Positions 63,916 through 64,000 of a stretch of DNA of 64,000 bases are shown here, in pieces. The DNA comes from a virus: the IMG/VR virus record IMGVR_UViG_3300045988_115142. One strand, written 5' to 3'. Below the pieces are notes generated by a model. That model made no database searches. It was not told the origin of the DNA and saw nothing but the letters and a program-made list of their open reading frames with translations. The translations under genes were made by a program, and so were the position numbers. The stretch's first letter is position 1; every line of letters starts with the position of its first letter.

Positions 63916-63930
63916 TATATTATAATAGTG
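63916..63930 (+). promoter_or_regulatory. variant motif TATATTATA-N3-GTG
   Basis: TATATTATAATAGTG, then AATAAG. Lies 49 nt upstream of ATG 63979. Confidence 0.3.
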
Positions 63931-63978
63931 AATAAGAGTATATTTCATTTATATATTAATTTAAAAGGAGAAATAAAA

Positions 63979-64000
63979 ATGAAAAACACAGTATTGAAAA
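63979..64000 (+). CDS. 5' end of a gene continuing beyond the right window edge
   Basis: ATG 63979 sits 8 nt after AAAGGAGA (MKNTVLK...). Confidence 0.4.

Noticed and set aside
1-64000. CRISPR arrays, integrase/transposase genes, prophage att sites, rRNA.
   Set aside because: I saw no regularly spaced 25-40-nt direct repeats. The repeated palindromes are tens of kb apart and sit in terminator positions. I saw no recombinase or transposase motifs.

Overview
AT-rich, tightly packed and almost entirely plus-strand segment of a jumbo tailed-phage genome. It is phiKZ/AR9-style, meaning it encodes its own multisubunit RNA polymerase. The host is probably low-GC and Gram-positive, judging from strong AGGAGG Shine-Dalgarno sites, TTG/GTG starts and an anaerobic RNR. 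All calls come from reading the ORF translations and DNA by eye; nothing was searched.

Recognisable content:
- Replication and recombination: Mre11/SbcD-like nuclease, DnaB-like helicase, Dda/RecD-like helicase, PD-(D/E)XK nuclease, topoisomerase II B and A subunits, RecA/UvsX-like recombinase, NAD-dependent ligase, primase and an SSB-like protein.
- Nucleotide metabolism: NrdD, NrdG, dUTPase and a DHH phosphoesterase.
- Transcription: a split RNAP beta subunit whose C-half gene lies upstream of its N-half gene, plus an extra stand-alone beta C-terminal module.
- Other: a tubulin/FtsZ-family GTPase followed by three tandem paralogous HTH-like genes, a glucosaminidase, a GroEL-like chaperonin, a probable major capsid protein preceded by a hyper-acidic protein, and a partial fibre/baseplate-like structural gene at the left edge.

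Most noteworthy non-genic signals:
- A 1.04-kb ORF-free, helix-dense region (5562-6602), including a 414-nt domain closed by a 21-bp long-range helix.
- A family of near-identical perfect palindromes (CCCATnnCCAATATTGGnnATGGG), mostly in terminator position.
- A recurrent plus-strand motif, TATATAATAT-N4-ATG (variant TATATTATA-N1-3-NTG), usually abutting a hairpin.

No rRNA, tRNA, CRISPR array, transposase or integrase was recognised.
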